Source of the DNA: an uncultured Acidobacteriota bacterium
Lineage (GTDB): Bacteria > Acidobacteriota > Thermoanaerobaculia > Multivoradales > UBA5704
Direction: 5' to 3'
Assembly (NCBI GenBank): GCA_963700145.1
Contig: OY969474.1
Location: 3,584,001 to 3,648,000 of the forward strand
DNA: 64,000 nt
Shown: positions 41,546-51,812 of the stretch, piece by piece
Layout: the number at the start of each line of letters is the position of its first letter
How positions within the stretch are numbered: the stretch's first letter is position 1
Program-made: the position numbers and the translations under genes
Notes under the pieces: generated by a model
Told to the model about the DNA's origin: nothing
The model's input: the letters and a program-made list of their open reading frames with translations, nothing else
The model's database searches: none

Positions 41546-43308
41546 ACGAAGGTGTAGAGGTCGCCGGGCATGCCGCCGCCGGCCGCGAAACCGCTCCGCC
41601 GCCGCTGCCGCCAGACCGGCAGCAGCTCCCGCCACTCCTCCGGGAGCGCCTCGCGGTCGAGCAGGAAGTCCTCGAGCGCCAGGCAGTCGATCTCGGCGTC
41701 GGCGAAGCAGTAGAGAGCGTCCACCGGCGAGCAGACGATCGGCTCGCCGCGCACGTTGAACGAGGTGTTGAGCAGCAGCGGACACCCGGTGCGGCGGTGG
41801 AACGCCGCGAGGAGAGCGGCGAAGCGCGGCGCGGTCGCCGGATCGACGGTCTGCGGCCGCGCCGAGCCATCGGCATGGGTGACGGCGGGGAGGTCGAGCG
41901 GCGAGGTCACGGCGCAGGTCTCGAGCATGAAGGGCGAGGGGTGCGCGAGCGCGAAGTGGCCGGCGGCGTGCGCCGCGAGGACGCTCGGCGCGAAGGGGCG
42001 GAAGCCCTCGCGTCGCTTGACCGCGCGGTTGAGGCGGTCGCGCATCCCGGGATCGCGCGGATCGGCCAGCAGGCTCCGCGCCCCGAGCGCGCGCGGCCCG
42101 AGCTCCATCGCTCCCTGGAACCAGGCCACGACCTTCCCGGCGACGAGCCGGTCGACCACCGCCTCGAGCAGCTCGGCTTCGCGGCCGCGGAAGTCGCGGG
42201 CCGCGAGGCCGGTCGCGGCGAGCAGGCCGGCGACCTCGTCCGCCGTCCAGCGCGGGCCCAGGAAGACGTGCCGCAGCGGCTCGGGCGGCCGGCCGCCGGC
42301 CAGCTCGACGTGGGCCAGCGCGGCGGCCCCGAGGCAGCCGCCGGCGTCGCCGGCGGCGGGCTGCACGAAGAGCTCCGCGAAGCCGCTCTCGCGCCGGATG
42401 CGGCCGTTGGCGGCGGCGTTGAGCGCCACGCCGCCGGCCATGCAGAGGTTGCGGGCGCCGGTCTCGGCGCGCAGCCAGCGGGCCTTCTCGAGCAGCACCT
42501 CCTCGAGGACGAGCTGGAGGCTCCGCGCCAGGTCGCGGTGGAAGCGGGTGAGCTCCGTGCCGGGGCGCCGGGGCGGCTCCCCCAGCAGGTCGCAGAGCGC
42601 GGCGGAGTACATCCGGCGCCCGCGCACGAAGTCGAAGTAGCGGAGGTCGAGCGCGAGCTCCCCGCCGGGTCCGCACTCGACGAGCGCCCGCAGTGCCGCG
42701 ACGTAACGCGGCTCGCCGCAGGCGGCGAGGCCCATGACCTTCCCCTCGCCGTCGTCGACCGCGAAGCCGAGGTAGGAGGTGAGCGTCGAGTAGAAGAGCC
42801 CCAGCGAGTGCGGGAAGTGGACCTCCGCGAAGAGGTCGAGACGGCCCGCCTCGCCGCGGCCGTAGGTCGTGGTGGCCCACTCGCCGACGCCGTCGACGGT
42901 CAGCAGGGCGGCCGCGGGGAAGCCCGAGAAGAGGAAGGCGCTGGCGGCGTGGGAGCGGTGGTGAGGGAACGAGACGATCGGCCCCTCGTAGCCCAACCCC
43001 TCGCGGATCGCGCGCTCCGGGCGGCCGGGGTCGAGCCAGGCGAGGTCCGGCGCGGGCCCTTCGGGCGGCCCCGCCCAGAGCTGGCGGGCGAGCTTGTCGA
43101 CCGGCTGCTCGTAGTAGGCGACGCAGTCGAGGTCGGCCACGCCCAAGCCGCCGGCGCGCAGGCAGGAGCGGAAGGCCGCGGCCGGCAGACGCGGGTCGTG
43201 CTTGAGGCGCGAGAACCGCTCCTCCGCGGCCGCCGCCACGAGCCGGCCGTCGCGGAGCAGGCAGCAGGCGGAGTCGTGGAAGAAGGCCGAGATGCCGGCG
43301 ACGTTCAA
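41542..43308 (-). CDS. O-carbamoyltransferase (NodU/CmcH family)
   Basis: GISAFFHDSA, EERFSRLKH, HHRSHAASAF, DGVGE, GGVALN, GPRALGARS, LLNTSFN; TTG start. Confidence 0.92.
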   Translation of the reverse strand: MNVAGISAFFHDSACCLLRDGRLVAAAAEERFSRLKHDPRLPAAAFRSCLRAGGLGVADLDCVAYYEQPVDKLARQLWAGPPEGPAPDLAWLDPGRPERAIREGLGYEGPIVSFPHHRSHAASAFLFSGFPAAALLTVDGVGEWATTTYGRGEAGRLDLFAEVHFPHSLGLFYSTLTSYLGFAVDDGEGKVMGLAACGEPRYVAALRALVECGPGGELALDLRYFDFVRGRRMYSAALCDLLGEPPRRPGTELTRFHRDLARSLQLVLEEVLLEKARWLRAETGARNLCMAGGVALNAAANGRIRRESGFAELFVQPAAGDAGGCLGAAALAHVELAGGRPPEPLRHVFLGPRWTADEVAGLLAATGLAARDFRGREAELLEAVVDRLVAGKVVAWFQGAMELGPRALGARSLLADPRDPGMRDRLNRAVKRREGFRPFAPSVLAAHAAGHFALAHPSPFMLETCAVTSPLDLPAVTHADGSARPQTVDPATAPRFAALLAAFHRRTGCPLLLNTSFNVRGEPIVCSPVDALYCFADAEIDCLALEDFLLDREALPEEWRELLPVWRQRRRSGFAAGGGMPGDLYTFV

Positions 43309-43319
43309 GCGGCTGCGGC

Positions 43320-43958
43320 CTAGCGCGCCGGACCGGCGATCAGCTCGGCGAGCGCGGCGAGGTCGCCGACCGCGTGCGTGGCGGGGCCGGGGCGTGCGTG
43401 CGGGCGCTCGACGTAGACGGTGGTGAGCCCGAGCGAGCGGGCGACGTCGAGGTCGTAGTCGGCGTAGGCCGAGACGTGCCACCAGGCCGCGGATGGCGGG
43501 ACCCCTAGCCGCGCCGCCACAGCGTGCCAAAACCGCGCGTCCGGTTTGTAGAGCTGCAGTTCCTCGGCGGTGATCCAGCCGGCGAGGTGGAAACCGAGCT
43601 GCTCCTGCGCCTGCTCGCCGTGCGCGCGGTCGCTGTTGGTCATGGCGACGCAGGGGGCGACGGCCTGGAGGCGGCGCAGCCCCTCGCGCGAGTCCGGGTA
43701 GAGCGGCCAGGTGCCGACGGCGGCGCCGATCCGGTCCGCCGCCTCGGGCGCGAGGCCGACCTCCTCGACGAGGCTGCGGGCGGTGATCTCGCGGTAGGGG
43801 CGAAACTCGCGCTCGAGGACGGCCTGGCGGTCGACGATGCGGTCGAAGTCGCCCGGCGCGACGGTGACTCCCTCCGCGCGCAGCGCTTCCTCCAAACCGC
43901 GGCGCCAGTCGATGACGGTGCCGAAGATGTCGAAGGTGAGGAGGGCGGGGCGGGGCAT
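43320..43958 (-). CDS. HAD-family hydrolase (haloacid dehalogenase type II-like)
   Basis: FDIFGTVIDW, MTNSD, YKPD, HVSAYADYD. Confidence 0.85.
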   Translation of the reverse strand: MPRPALLTFDIFGTVIDWRRGLEEALRAEGVTVAPGDFDRIVDRQAVLEREFRPYREITARSLVEEVGLAPEAADRIGAAVGTWPLYPDSREGLRRLQAVAPCVAMTNSDRAHGEQAQEQLGFHLAGWITAEELQLYKPDARFWHAVAARLGVPPSAAWWHVSAYADYDLDVARSLGLTTVYVERPHARPGPATHAVGDLAALAELIAGPAR

Positions 43959-43981
43959 GGCGAGGCAGAATAACGCGTGCC

Positions 43982-44073
43982 TTGTCATTCCGAGCGCAGC
44001 GAGGAATCTGGGGGGCGGGTCCGGCCCGCTGAGCGTCCCCCGCCCAGATCCCTCGCTACGCTCGGGATGACAA
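43982..44073. repeat. GTCATYC-family palindromic repeat pair (copy A)
   Basis: TTGTCATTCCGAGCGCAGCGAGGAATCTGGG ... CCCAGATCCCTCGCTACGCTCGGGATGACAA. Confidence 0.85.
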
Positions 44074-46016
44074 GTAGGGCGCTCGGCACGGCGTGTGGGG
44101 CGCTCCTCGCCGCCGTGCTCCTCGCGGCCTGCCGCGACGAGCCGCGGCCTGCCGCTCGCCCCGCCATACCGACAGTGCCCGAGCTCGCCGCCGCCGCGGA
44201 GGGCGGCCGGCCGGTCCTCTTCGTCGGCCTCGACGGCGCCGACTGGCAGCTCCTCGACCGTTACGCCGCGCGCGGGCTCATGCCGAACCTGGCGGCTCTC
44301 GTCCGCGAGGGGCGCGCCGGCGTGCTGCGCACGCAGCAGCCTCCGCTCTCGCCGCTGCTCTGGACGACGATGACGACCGGCGTCGGGCCGCTCGCCCACC
44401 GCATCCTCGACTTCACGCGGCGCGACCCGGCGACCGGCGCCGAGGAGCCGATCACCGCCGCCGAGCGGCGGGCGCCGGCGGTCTGGAACATGGCGAGCTG
44501 GGCCGGTCGGCGGGTGGCGGTCTTCGGTCTCTGGGCGACCTGGCCGGCCGAGCCGGTGAACGGCCTCCTCGTCGCCGACCGCCTCGCCTCGTTCACCGCG
44601 CGCGGCGGCGCGCCGGCGGCGGGGGTGGTCTTCCCGCCGGAGCGCGAGGCGTGGGCGCGCGCGGCGCTCGCCGCCGCCGAGCGCGAGGTGGATCACGCGG
44701 CGCTCCGCGCCTATCTCCCCTGGCTCGACCGCGCCGCCTACGACGCGGCGGCGGCGCACCCCGACCCCTATGCCGACCCGACCGCCGCGCTCCGCCGCAT
44801 CCTGGTCGAGACCCGGGCCTGGCACCGGCTGGCGAGCGAGTGGATCGCCCAGGAGCGCCCGGACCTGGCGCTCGTCTACCTCCAGGGCACCGACACGATC
44901 GGCCACGTCTTCGCGCCCTTCGCGGCGCCGCGGCAGCCCTCGGTCTCGGCCGACGACTTCGCGCGCTACTCGTTCGTGCCGGAGCGCTACTTCGCCGAGG
45001 TGGACCGCCTGCTCGGGGAGTACCGCCAGTTGGCGGAGCGGAACGGCGCGGTGCTGGTGCTCGCCTCCGACCACGGGTTCCTTTGGGGCGAGGGACGGCC
45101 GGAGCGGCTGGCCAGCGCGGCGGCGGCGACGGCGGGGCGGTGGCATCGCGAGGAGGGGATGTACCTGCTCTGGGGGCCGGGGATTCGGGCGGGGGAACGC
45201 GCGAACGGCTCGATCGACCAGGTGTGCGCCACGCTCCTCGCGCTGCTCGGCCTGCCGCCGGGCAAGGGGCTCGCGGGGCCGCCGCTCCCGGGCGCGCCCC
45301 CGACGCGCGAGGGGCCCTTCGACTACGCCGCGCACTTCCGGCCGGTGGAGCGGGCGGCGGTTCCGGCAGCGAGTGAGGAAGAGCTGGCGAAGCTCCGGGC
45401 GCTCGGCTATCTCCCGCGCACGAGCCGTTCTACCCAGCCCTCTTCCGCCGCCGACCCCACCCGCACCCCCGCCTCCTGGAACCACGAAGGGCTGCTCCTC
45501 CGCCAGGCCGGCCGCCCGCGCGAGGCGCGCGCCGCCTTCGAGCAGGCGCTGGCGCTCGACCCCGCGCACGCCTCCGCGCTCTGGAACCTCTCCGAGCTGC
45601 TCGCCGCGGCAGGCGAGCGGGACCGGGCGGACGAGCTGCTGCTGCAGGCCCTCGCCGCCGGCCTGCCGGAGGGCCCCGAGCGCGTCGCGGCGCGCGCCCT
45701 CGTCTACCGCCGCGGCGGCGAAACGGCGCGCGCCCTCGCCCTCCTCGACCGCGCCCTCGCCGCGCGACCCGACGCCCCGCGCCTCCTGCTCCTGCGCGGC
45801 CGCGAGCGCCTCGACCGCCGCGACTGCGCCGCCGCCCGCGGCGACTTCTCGCGCGCGGTCGCCCTGTCGCCGCGAGACCCCCTCGCCCACGCCTCCCTCG
45901 GCCTCGCCTACCTGTGTCTGGGAGACGAGAGCGCGGGCCGCGCCTCGCTCGAGCGCTCGCTCGCGCTCGACCCCGACCAACCGGAGATCCGGCGTTTCCT
46001 CGCGCCTGGAGGCTGA
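44067..46016 (+). CDS. Alkaline-phosphatase-superfamily (phosphodiesterase/sulfatase-like) lipoprotein with TPR repeats
   Basis: LAAC lipobox, VGLDGADW, SPLLWTTMTTG, DTIGH, SDHGF, LRALGY, C-terminal TPRs. Confidence 0.85.
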   Translation: MTSRALGTACGALLAAVLLAACRDEPRPAARPAIPTVPELAAAAEGGRPVLFVGLDGADWQLLDRYAARGLMPNLAALVREGRAGVLRTQQPPLSPLLWTTMTTGVGPLAHRILDFTRRDPATGAEEPITAAERRAPAVWNMASWAGRRVAVFGLWATWPAEPVNGLLVADRLASFTARGGAPAAGVVFPPEREAWARAALAAAEREVDHAALRAYLPWLDRAAYDAAAAHPDPYADPTAALRRILVETRAWHRLASEWIAQERPDLALVYLQGTDTIGHVFAPFAAPRQPSVSADDFARYSFVPERYFAEVDRLLGEYRQLAERNGAVLVLASDHGFLWGEGRPERLASAAAATAGRWHREEGMYLLWGPGIRAGERANGSIDQVCATLLALLGLPPGKGLAGPPLPGAPPTREGPFDYAAHFRPVERAAVPAASEEELAKLRALGYLPRTSRSTQPSSAADPTRTPASWNHEGLLLRQAGRPREARAAFEQALALDPAHASALWNLSELLAAAGERDRADELLLQALAAGLPEGPERVAARALVYRRGGETARALALLDRALAARPDAPRLLLLRGRERLDRRDCAAARGDFSRAVALSPRDPLAHASLGLAYLCLGDESAGRASLERSLALDPDQPEIRRFLAPGG

Positions 46017-46020
46017 TCGC

Positions 46021-46110
46021 CCCCACCCAGATCCTTCGCTGCGCTCAGGATGACAGGGCGCCCATCGTCATCCTGAGCGCAGCGCAGCGGAGCGAAGGAT
46101 CTGGGCGGGG
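46021..46110. repeat. GTCATYC-family palindromic repeat pair (copy B, inverse arm order)
   Basis: CCCAGATCCTTCGCTGCGCTCAGGATGAC ... GTCATCCTGAGCGCAGCGCAGCGGAGCGAAGGATCTGGG. Confidence 0.85.
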
Positions 46111-46170
46111 GCCTGTGTTACATTCGCTTTCGTCGATTCATCGCAGCTCTTACCGCTGAGGAGGTTCGCG

Positions 46171-48996
46171 ATGCACCAGCTTCGCCGCGCCTTCGTCCTT
46201 TCCACGCTGCTCGCCGCCGTCGCCGCGGCGGCCTTCGCCCAGACCACCGGCGGCATCGTCGGCCGCGTCACCGACGAGCAGGAGGGCGGCCTCCCCGGCG
46301 TCACCGTCGAGGCGCGCAGCCCGGCCCTCCAGGGGAGCCGCACCGCCACGACCGACGAGATCGGCTTCTACCGCCTGACGCTCCTGCCGCCCGGCGACTA
46401 CACCGTCAGCTTCACCCTCTCCGGCTTCGCCCCGGAGACCCGCTCCGGCGTTGCCGCGGCGCTCGCCAAGGACACCACCCTCAACGCGGTCCTGCGGCCG
46501 GCGGCTGCCGAGGAGATCACCGTCACCGCCGAAGTGCCGGTCGTCGACACCACCTCGACCAGCCTCGGCGCCAACCTCGACGCACGCGCCATCCAGACCC
46601 TGCCGACCGGCCGCAACTACTCGTCGGTCGTGCAGATCGCCCCCGGCGTCTCCTCCGACGCCCACCCCGAGAACACCGGCCAGTCCTCGATCACCGTCTA
46701 CGGCTCGACCGGCGCCGAGAACGTCTTCTACGTCGACGGCGTTAACACCACCGGCGTCGAGTACGGCTTCCAGGGCAAGGAGCTCAACTTCGAGTTCATC
46801 CAGGCGGTAGACGTCAAGACCGGCGGCTACGAGGCCGAGCTCGGACGCTCGACCGGCGGCATCATCAACGTCATCACCAAGAGCGGCGGCAACGAGTTCC
46901 ACGGCGACGTCTTCGCCTACCACGACGCCGACGGCCTGCAGACCAGCGCCAAGGAAGTGGTCTCGACCGGCGGCACCCAAGTGGGGTTCACACGCGAGGA
47001 CTACGGCTTCGACCTCGGCGGGTACCTGCTCAAGGACCGCCTCTGGTTCTTCGGCGCCTACGACAAGGTGGGCCACGACCTCGACAACTCGCTGCCGGCG
47101 CCGCGCGCAGGGCAGGTCGTGACCTCCGAGAGCGAGCGCGACCTGGCCGCCGCCAAGCTCACCTGGCGCGCCAGCGAGAACCACTCCTTCATCGGCAGCT
47201 TCTTCCAGGACCCGCGCGACGACACCGGTGCGATCAACGACGCCCAGCACACGCTCAACGGCGAGCCCTCGACCTTCACCGGCGTGCGCGGCTTCGGCGG
47301 CAAGGACTACGCGCTGCGCTACGAGGGCATCCTGGGCGGCGACTGGGTGCTCGCCGCGCAGGTGGCGCGGCACGAGGAGGAGAATTCGGTCGGGGGGACC
47401 GGCGCCGACGTCATCCAGTACCGCATCGTCGCCGAGGACTTCCTCCAGACCGGCGGCTTCGGCCTGGTGCAGACCAAGGACTTCCAGCGCGACTTCGCCG
47501 GGCTCTCGGCCACCCGCTTCCTCGGCCGGCACGAGCTCAAGGCCGGCTTCGAGACCGAGGACCAGGCCGCCGAGGTGGTGCGGCGCTTCTCCGGCGGCCA
47601 GCAGGTGGACGTCCACTCGGCCGGCGGCCGCAACGTCTACAGCCACTTCTACTGGACGACGCCCGACGCGACGATCACCAACGCCCCGATCTCAGCCCTC
47701 GTCGCCTCGCCCGAGCACGAGAACACCACCGTCTTCCTCCAGGACCGCTGGGCGGCGCGCCCGAACCTGACCTTCAACCTCGGCGTGCGCTGGGACCGCC
47801 AGGAGATCATCGACGCCTCGGGGGTCAAGCGGATCGACTTGAAGGACGACTACGCGCCGCGCCTGGGCTTCGTCTGGGACCCGAGCGGCGAGCACGCGAG
47901 CAAGCTCTTCGGCTCCTACGGCCGCTACTACGAGCAGCTCCCCATGGACCTGGTCATCCGCTCCTTCTCCTTCGAGCGGCAGGCGCGCATCTTCAACTTC
48001 GACCCGGTGGGGACGGCGCCCGACCCGGCGGCGGAGGCGGCGCTGCAGCGCGAGTCGGCGATCTTCGGCGGCTTCACCGAGCCGGTCCAGCCCGGCCTCG
48101 AGAACCAGTACATCAACGAGTACCTGCTCGGCTACGAGCGGCAGGTGCTGCCGGACGTGGCGGTGGGGATCAAGGGCATCTACCGCGACTACGGCCAGGT
48201 GGTCGAGGACTTCCTCTGCGCCGACGACGGCACCTACTGCATCGGCAACCCGGGCGAAGGGATCATGAGCCGAGTCTTCACCCTCGACTACGCGCAGACC
48301 TTCCCGGCGCCGGAGCCGAAGCGGGTCTTCAAGGGGGTGCAGCTCGACGCCACCAAGCGCTTCTCCAACAACTGGCAGGGGCTCGCCTCCTACCTCTACT
48401 CGAAGCTCGACGGGAACTTCGACGGCCTCTTCGCCCCCTTCACCAACATCGGCCCCGACCCCAACATCACCGCCGCCTACGACTACTTCGACTTCTTCAC
48501 CAACGGCAGCGACCTCTCGCGCATCACCAATGAAGGGCCGCTGTCAAACGACCGCCGGCACCAGTTCAAGGCCTCGGGCGTCTACTTCACCCCCTGGAAG
48601 CTCTCGGTCGGCGTCTCGGCCTACTACCGCACCGGCACCCCGGTCACCCGCTACGGCTACTCCGACATCTACGGCCGCTACGAGTTCTTCCTGACCAAGC
48701 GCGGCGCCGAGGGGCGGACCCCGGACACCTACGAGGCGGACGTCCACCTGGGCTACCCCTGGGAGGTGGGCCCGGTGACGGTGAACTTCCTCCTCGACGT
48801 CTTCAACATCCTCGACGCGCAGCGTCCGGTCCTGCTGGATCAAAGATGGGGCTTCGAGGAAGCCCACAACGACGACCCCACCCCGGCCAACCCGCCAGGC
48901 GATCCTGGGTCTGGGCCCCCTCGCCCACGCTACAAACAGCCGGTCCTGCGAACACCGCCGACCTCAGCGCGGATCGGGGTGCGGGTGAGCTTCTAG
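46171..48996 (+). CDS. TonB-dependent receptor (carboxypeptidase-regulatory-like N-domain)
   Basis: GAGGAGG RBS, signal peptide, LPGVTV, GRSTGGIINVITKSGGNEFHG, terminal RVSF. Confidence 0.92.
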   Translation: MHQLRRAFVLSTLLAAVAAAAFAQTTGGIVGRVTDEQEGGLPGVTVEARSPALQGSRTATTDEIGFYRLTLLPPGDYTVSFTLSGFAPETRSGVAAALAKDTTLNAVLRPAAAEEITVTAEVPVVDTTSTSLGANLDARAIQTLPTGRNYSSVVQIAPGVSSDAHPENTGQSSITVYGSTGAENVFYVDGVNTTGVEYGFQGKELNFEFIQAVDVKTGGYEAELGRSTGGIINVITKSGGNEFHGDVFAYHDADGLQTSAKEVVSTGGTQVGFTREDYGFDLGGYLLKDRLWFFGAYDKVGHDLDNSLPAPRAGQVVTSESERDLAAAKLTWRASENHSFIGSFFQDPRDDTGAINDAQHTLNGEPSTFTGVRGFGGKDYALRYEGILGGDWVLAAQVARHEEENSVGGTGADVIQYRIVAEDFLQTGGFGLVQTKDFQRDFAGLSATRFLGRHELKAGFETEDQAAEVVRRFSGGQQVDVHSAGGRNVYSHFYWTTPDATITNAPISALVASPEHENTTVFLQDRWAARPNLTFNLGVRWDRQEIIDASGVKRIDLKDDYAPRLGFVWDPSGEHASKLFGSYGRYYEQLPMDLVIRSFSFERQARIFNFDPVGTAPDPAAEAALQRESAIFGGFTEPVQPGLENQYINEYLLGYERQVLPDVAVGIKGIYRDYGQVVEDFLCADDGTYCIGNPGEGIMSRVFTLDYAQTFPAPEPKRVFKGVQLDATKRFSNNWQGLASYLYSKLDGNFDGLFAPFTNIGPDPNITAAYDYFDFFTNGSDLSRITNEGPLSNDRRHQFKASGVYFTPWKLSVGVSAYYRTGTPVTRYGYSDIYGRYEFFLTKRGAEGRTPDTYEADVHLGYPWEVGPVTVNFLLDVFNILDAQRPVLLDQRWGFEEAHNDDPTPANPPGDPGSGPPRPRYKQPVLRTPPTSARIGVRVSF

Positions 48997-49424
48997 TCGC
49001 CCAGCGGATTGCGCCAGCGCAAGCCTGGGAAGCGCGAGAAGTCGCCGTCAGTCGAGTGCAGCTCGCACTGATGTTCGATCGCCAGGGCGGCGAGATGAGC
49101 GTCGGTCGTGAGATTCCCTGCCGCGCCCAAGCTGCGTAGGAGGTCAAGTACGATGCCGGCGTGCCTCTCGCCGGGGTGCAGGATCGTCACTTGGGGACGC
49201 TCCAGCCAGGAGGCCACGATGTCGCAAGCCGCGGCAACGGGCAGCGGCTTGATGAGCACCTTGCGGTGCGTCGTGAGGCGAATGAAGCCCAGGACCACCG
49301 CCCACGCGAGGCTGACCGGCTCGTCGCCCGAGAGGAGCCCCTCCCACCAGAGCTTCGCCTCGGCATGCACCCGAGACTCGCGGTTGTAGGCGTGAATTAG
49401 GAGGCTGAGGTCCGGCAGGATCAC
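48993..49424 (-). CDS. vapC: VapC PIN-domain toxin
   Basis: MILPD..LIHA, GNLTTDAHLAALAIEH, STDGDFSRFPGLRWRNPL. Confidence 0.9.
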   Translation of the reverse strand: MILPDLSLLIHAYNRESRVHAEAKLWWEGLLSGDEPVSLAWAVVLGFIRLTTHRKVLIKPLPVAAACDIVASWLERPQVTILHPGERHAGIVLDLLRSLGAAGNLTTDAHLAALAIEHQCELHSTDGDFSRFPGLRWRNPLGD

Positions 49425-49681
49425 TGCTGGAGCTTGGCGGCGCTCTCGGCCGCTTCCAGCTCATCGACCAGTTGGTTCAGCTTGTCTGGATCGATGCCCG
49501 GACGAAACCTGAGGTCCTGCGCCTCGACGCGGAACGGCGGGGCAGAGCGCGGCTTGCCGGCCAGCCCCAGCCCCGAGCGCAGCGTCTCGTTGACCACCGC
49601 CGCGGCGCTCTTGCCGCGGCGTCGCACTTCCTGATCGACACGCTGCGCGACGTCCTCGTCGAGGGTGACGGTGGAGCGCAT
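49421..49681 (-). CDS. vapB: VapB-type ribbon-helix-helix antitoxin
   Basis: MRSTVTLDEDV..VVNETLRSGL; GTGA overlap with vapC. Confidence 0.85.
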   Translation of the reverse strand: MRSTVTLDEDVAQRVDQEVRRRGKSAAAVVNETLRSGLGLAGKPRSAPPFRVEAQDLRFRPGIDPDKLNQLVDELEAAESAAKLQQ

Positions 49682-49712
49682 GGCTACATGCTGAGGTCGA
49701 CCGCCAGTGAAG

Positions 49713-49922
49713 TCAAGGACTTACCCGCCGGATCCGGTACTCGCCGCCGGGGAAGGCCCAGACGAGGGCTTCGATCGTGCCGTCGGGTTTCGCCGCGACG
49801 TTGACCGGCGTGTAGTCCTGGGGGGAGAAGAAGGTGGTGTCGGAGGTGGGGAAGAGCAGCCACTCGCCGAGGAACGCCGCGTCGCCGTCAAAGCGCAGCT
49901 CCTCGATCTGGCCCACCGCCAC
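49713..49922 (-). pseudogene. Probable 3' remnant of a host gene cut by the low-GC insertion
   Basis: Host-like codon usage resumes directly after the low-GC ORF stop; no RBS. Confidence 0.35.
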
Positions 49923-51812
49923 CTAGTCGCCACGCGATTGAAGTACGGCTGCCATTCTGGTGAGTCGTTCAAACTCCTCGGAGTTGGGTCGAGCCATAGG
50001 GATCACGGCTCGATAATCCACCAGAGAAATCGTATTTTCAGGTGGCAGTGTATGGGCGATGAACTTGAACCCTAGAATGATCGCTGCAACGCGCTCGTCA
50101 AATAGCTCTACCCAGAACGGTCCGTGCTGTTCACTGAATTCGTGGCTCTTGGCCTTGACGAAGCGCTCAATATCCCGCTCTGAACCTATCTGGAAGGCGT
50201 AGGGGGACCCTACTTCGTGAATTCGTTCAAGAGAAATGAAGATTAGTCCGCGTCCCCGGCCCCCAGGCTCAATTCGCCTCTCCGTTTGTTCCCACGCCTT
50301 CTGAAGATTGGCGCGGATACTCGACCCACTGAATGGTCGCTTGCACTGAATGAGGAACTCTGTTCCCTCGAAGGTGAATTTCACATCATCGAATCCAGAA
50401 ATCGCGATCTCATTTGAGAGCAATTCCGCGGCTATCTCGAGTTCCAAGCGGCGATTTCGAGCTTCGTTAGTATTGGGGTCCTCTTCCTGCGGGCAAAGGG
50501 GCGCATTCAACGCCTTGCGCAGTGCCTCGCGAGGCAACCGGTGAGATGGCATCCTACTGAACTGGCGATGGATCTGCGTTAAGATCGATCCTTCCGTTAG
50601 GCTGTAGTAGGTGTTTCTATTGTCCCACAGCCTGAGAAATGAAGCCGGCTCGAGCGATGCGACATCTCGAATTATTCCTTCGAGGTTTGCTTCAATCTCC
50701 TCTAGAACTGTTCCGGCAGTCTGATAGCCAACAATTTTCTCATACCAAGTTCGGGCGACCTTGACTCCTGCGAGGATCTCAGCAAATCCGCGGCGAGTGT
50801 AATTGTTTGGCTTGTCTTTGGCGTCCATTTGGAACATCCCGCGCTTGTAGGAATCTATCGCCCCAATGAACGGAATGAAGCCTGCTAGGGCGGGAAGGAG
50901 GTACCGGGTGGTGGTGAGGAGCCCGACGGCGGCCGCGGCGGGGGCGGCGAGCCAGGGGCGGTAGAGAGCGATGAGGGCGGCGTCGCGGGTGCCGAGGCCG
51001 GCGAAGGTCAGGGGGACCAGGCCGGCGAGGATGGCGAGGGGGGCGAGGGCGAGGTTGACGAGCGGCGGGGTCCAGGCGCGGACGGCCAGGATGAACAGCC
51101 ACACCTGCTGGAACTGAACCCACCACAGGAGCAAGGAGAGGGCGGCGATCTCCGCCGCGCGGCGGGGCTGCGTGCGGAAGTGCTCTCTCACTTCCTGCCA
51201 GGCGGCGGCGAGGCGCGCCGCGCGCTCCTCGAAGCGCTTGGGGATGAGCACGCGGGCGGCGGAGAAGAGCAGGTGGGCGAAGCCGCGTGAGCCGAGCGCC
51301 AGGAGCCCGGCGGCGACCGCACCCAGCACCCCCCACGTGAGCAGTTGCATCGGCTGGCTCTTCTCGGGCAGCCAGAGCAGTCCTACGGCGCACCAGGCGA
51401 GGAGAGCCAAGACGTCGCAGGCCTTCTCGAAGACGACGAGCGAAAAGGCGAGGGAGCCGGACAGCTCGGCCTTGCCTTTCATGAACCAGCTTTTCGCCAG
51501 GTCGCCGGTCTTCGAGGGGAGGACGAGGTTCATCACGTCGGCGAGGAAGATCAGCCGGAGGGCGAAGCGATAAGGAAAGCCCGCGGGCCGCGGCACGAGG
51601 CGCTTCAGGCGCCAGGCCTGGAGGAGCTTGATCGGAAAGATGGCGAGGACGGAGACGGCGAGGAGGCCGGGATGGGCCTGCGCGAAGACGCGGCCGAGGC
51701 CGCGCAGGTCGAGCGTCCAGTAGACAACACCGAGAAAGACGAGGCTGATGGCTAGCGAGAGGAGCTGGCGCCCCCGCCCAGATCCTTCGCTTCGCTCAGG
51801 ATGACGGGCCAT
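49923..51812 (-). CDS. Lysylphosphatidylglycerol-synthase-like (flippase/UPF0104) membrane protein, in frame with a low-GC ~300-aa domain (own ATG at 50837/50828)
   Basis: NLVLPSKTGDLAK, FEKACD, PLTFAGLGTRDA; abrupt composition change near 50890. Confidence 0.75.
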   Translation of the reverse strand: MARHPERSEGSGRGRQLLSLAISLVFLGVVYWTLDLRGLGRVFAQAHPGLLAVSVLAIFPIKLLQAWRLKRLVPRPAGFPYRFALRLIFLADVMNLVLPSKTGDLAKSWFMKGKAELSGSLAFSLVVFEKACDVLALLAWCAVGLLWLPEKSQPMQLLTWGVLGAVAAGLLALGSRGFAHLLFSAARVLIPKRFEERAARLAAAWQEVREHFRTQPRRAAEIAALSLLLWWVQFQQVWLFILAVRAWTPPLVNLALAPLAILAGLVPLTFAGLGTRDAALIALYRPWLAAPAAAAVGLLTTTRYLLPALAGFIPFIGAIDSYKRGMFQMDAKDKPNNYTRRGFAEILAGVKVARTWYEKIVGYQTAGTVLEEIEANLEGIIRDVASLEPASFLRLWDNRNTYYSLTEGSILTQIHRQFSRMPSHRLPREALRKALNAPLCPQEEDPNTNEARNRRLELEIAAELLSNEIAISGFDDVKFTFEGTEFLIQCKRPFSGSSIRANLQKAWEQTERRIEPGGRGRGLIFISLERIHEVGSPYAFQIGSERDIERFVKAKSHEFSEQHGPFWVELFDERVAAIILGFKFIAHTLPPENTISLVDYRAVIPMARPNSEEFERLTRMAAVLQSRGD

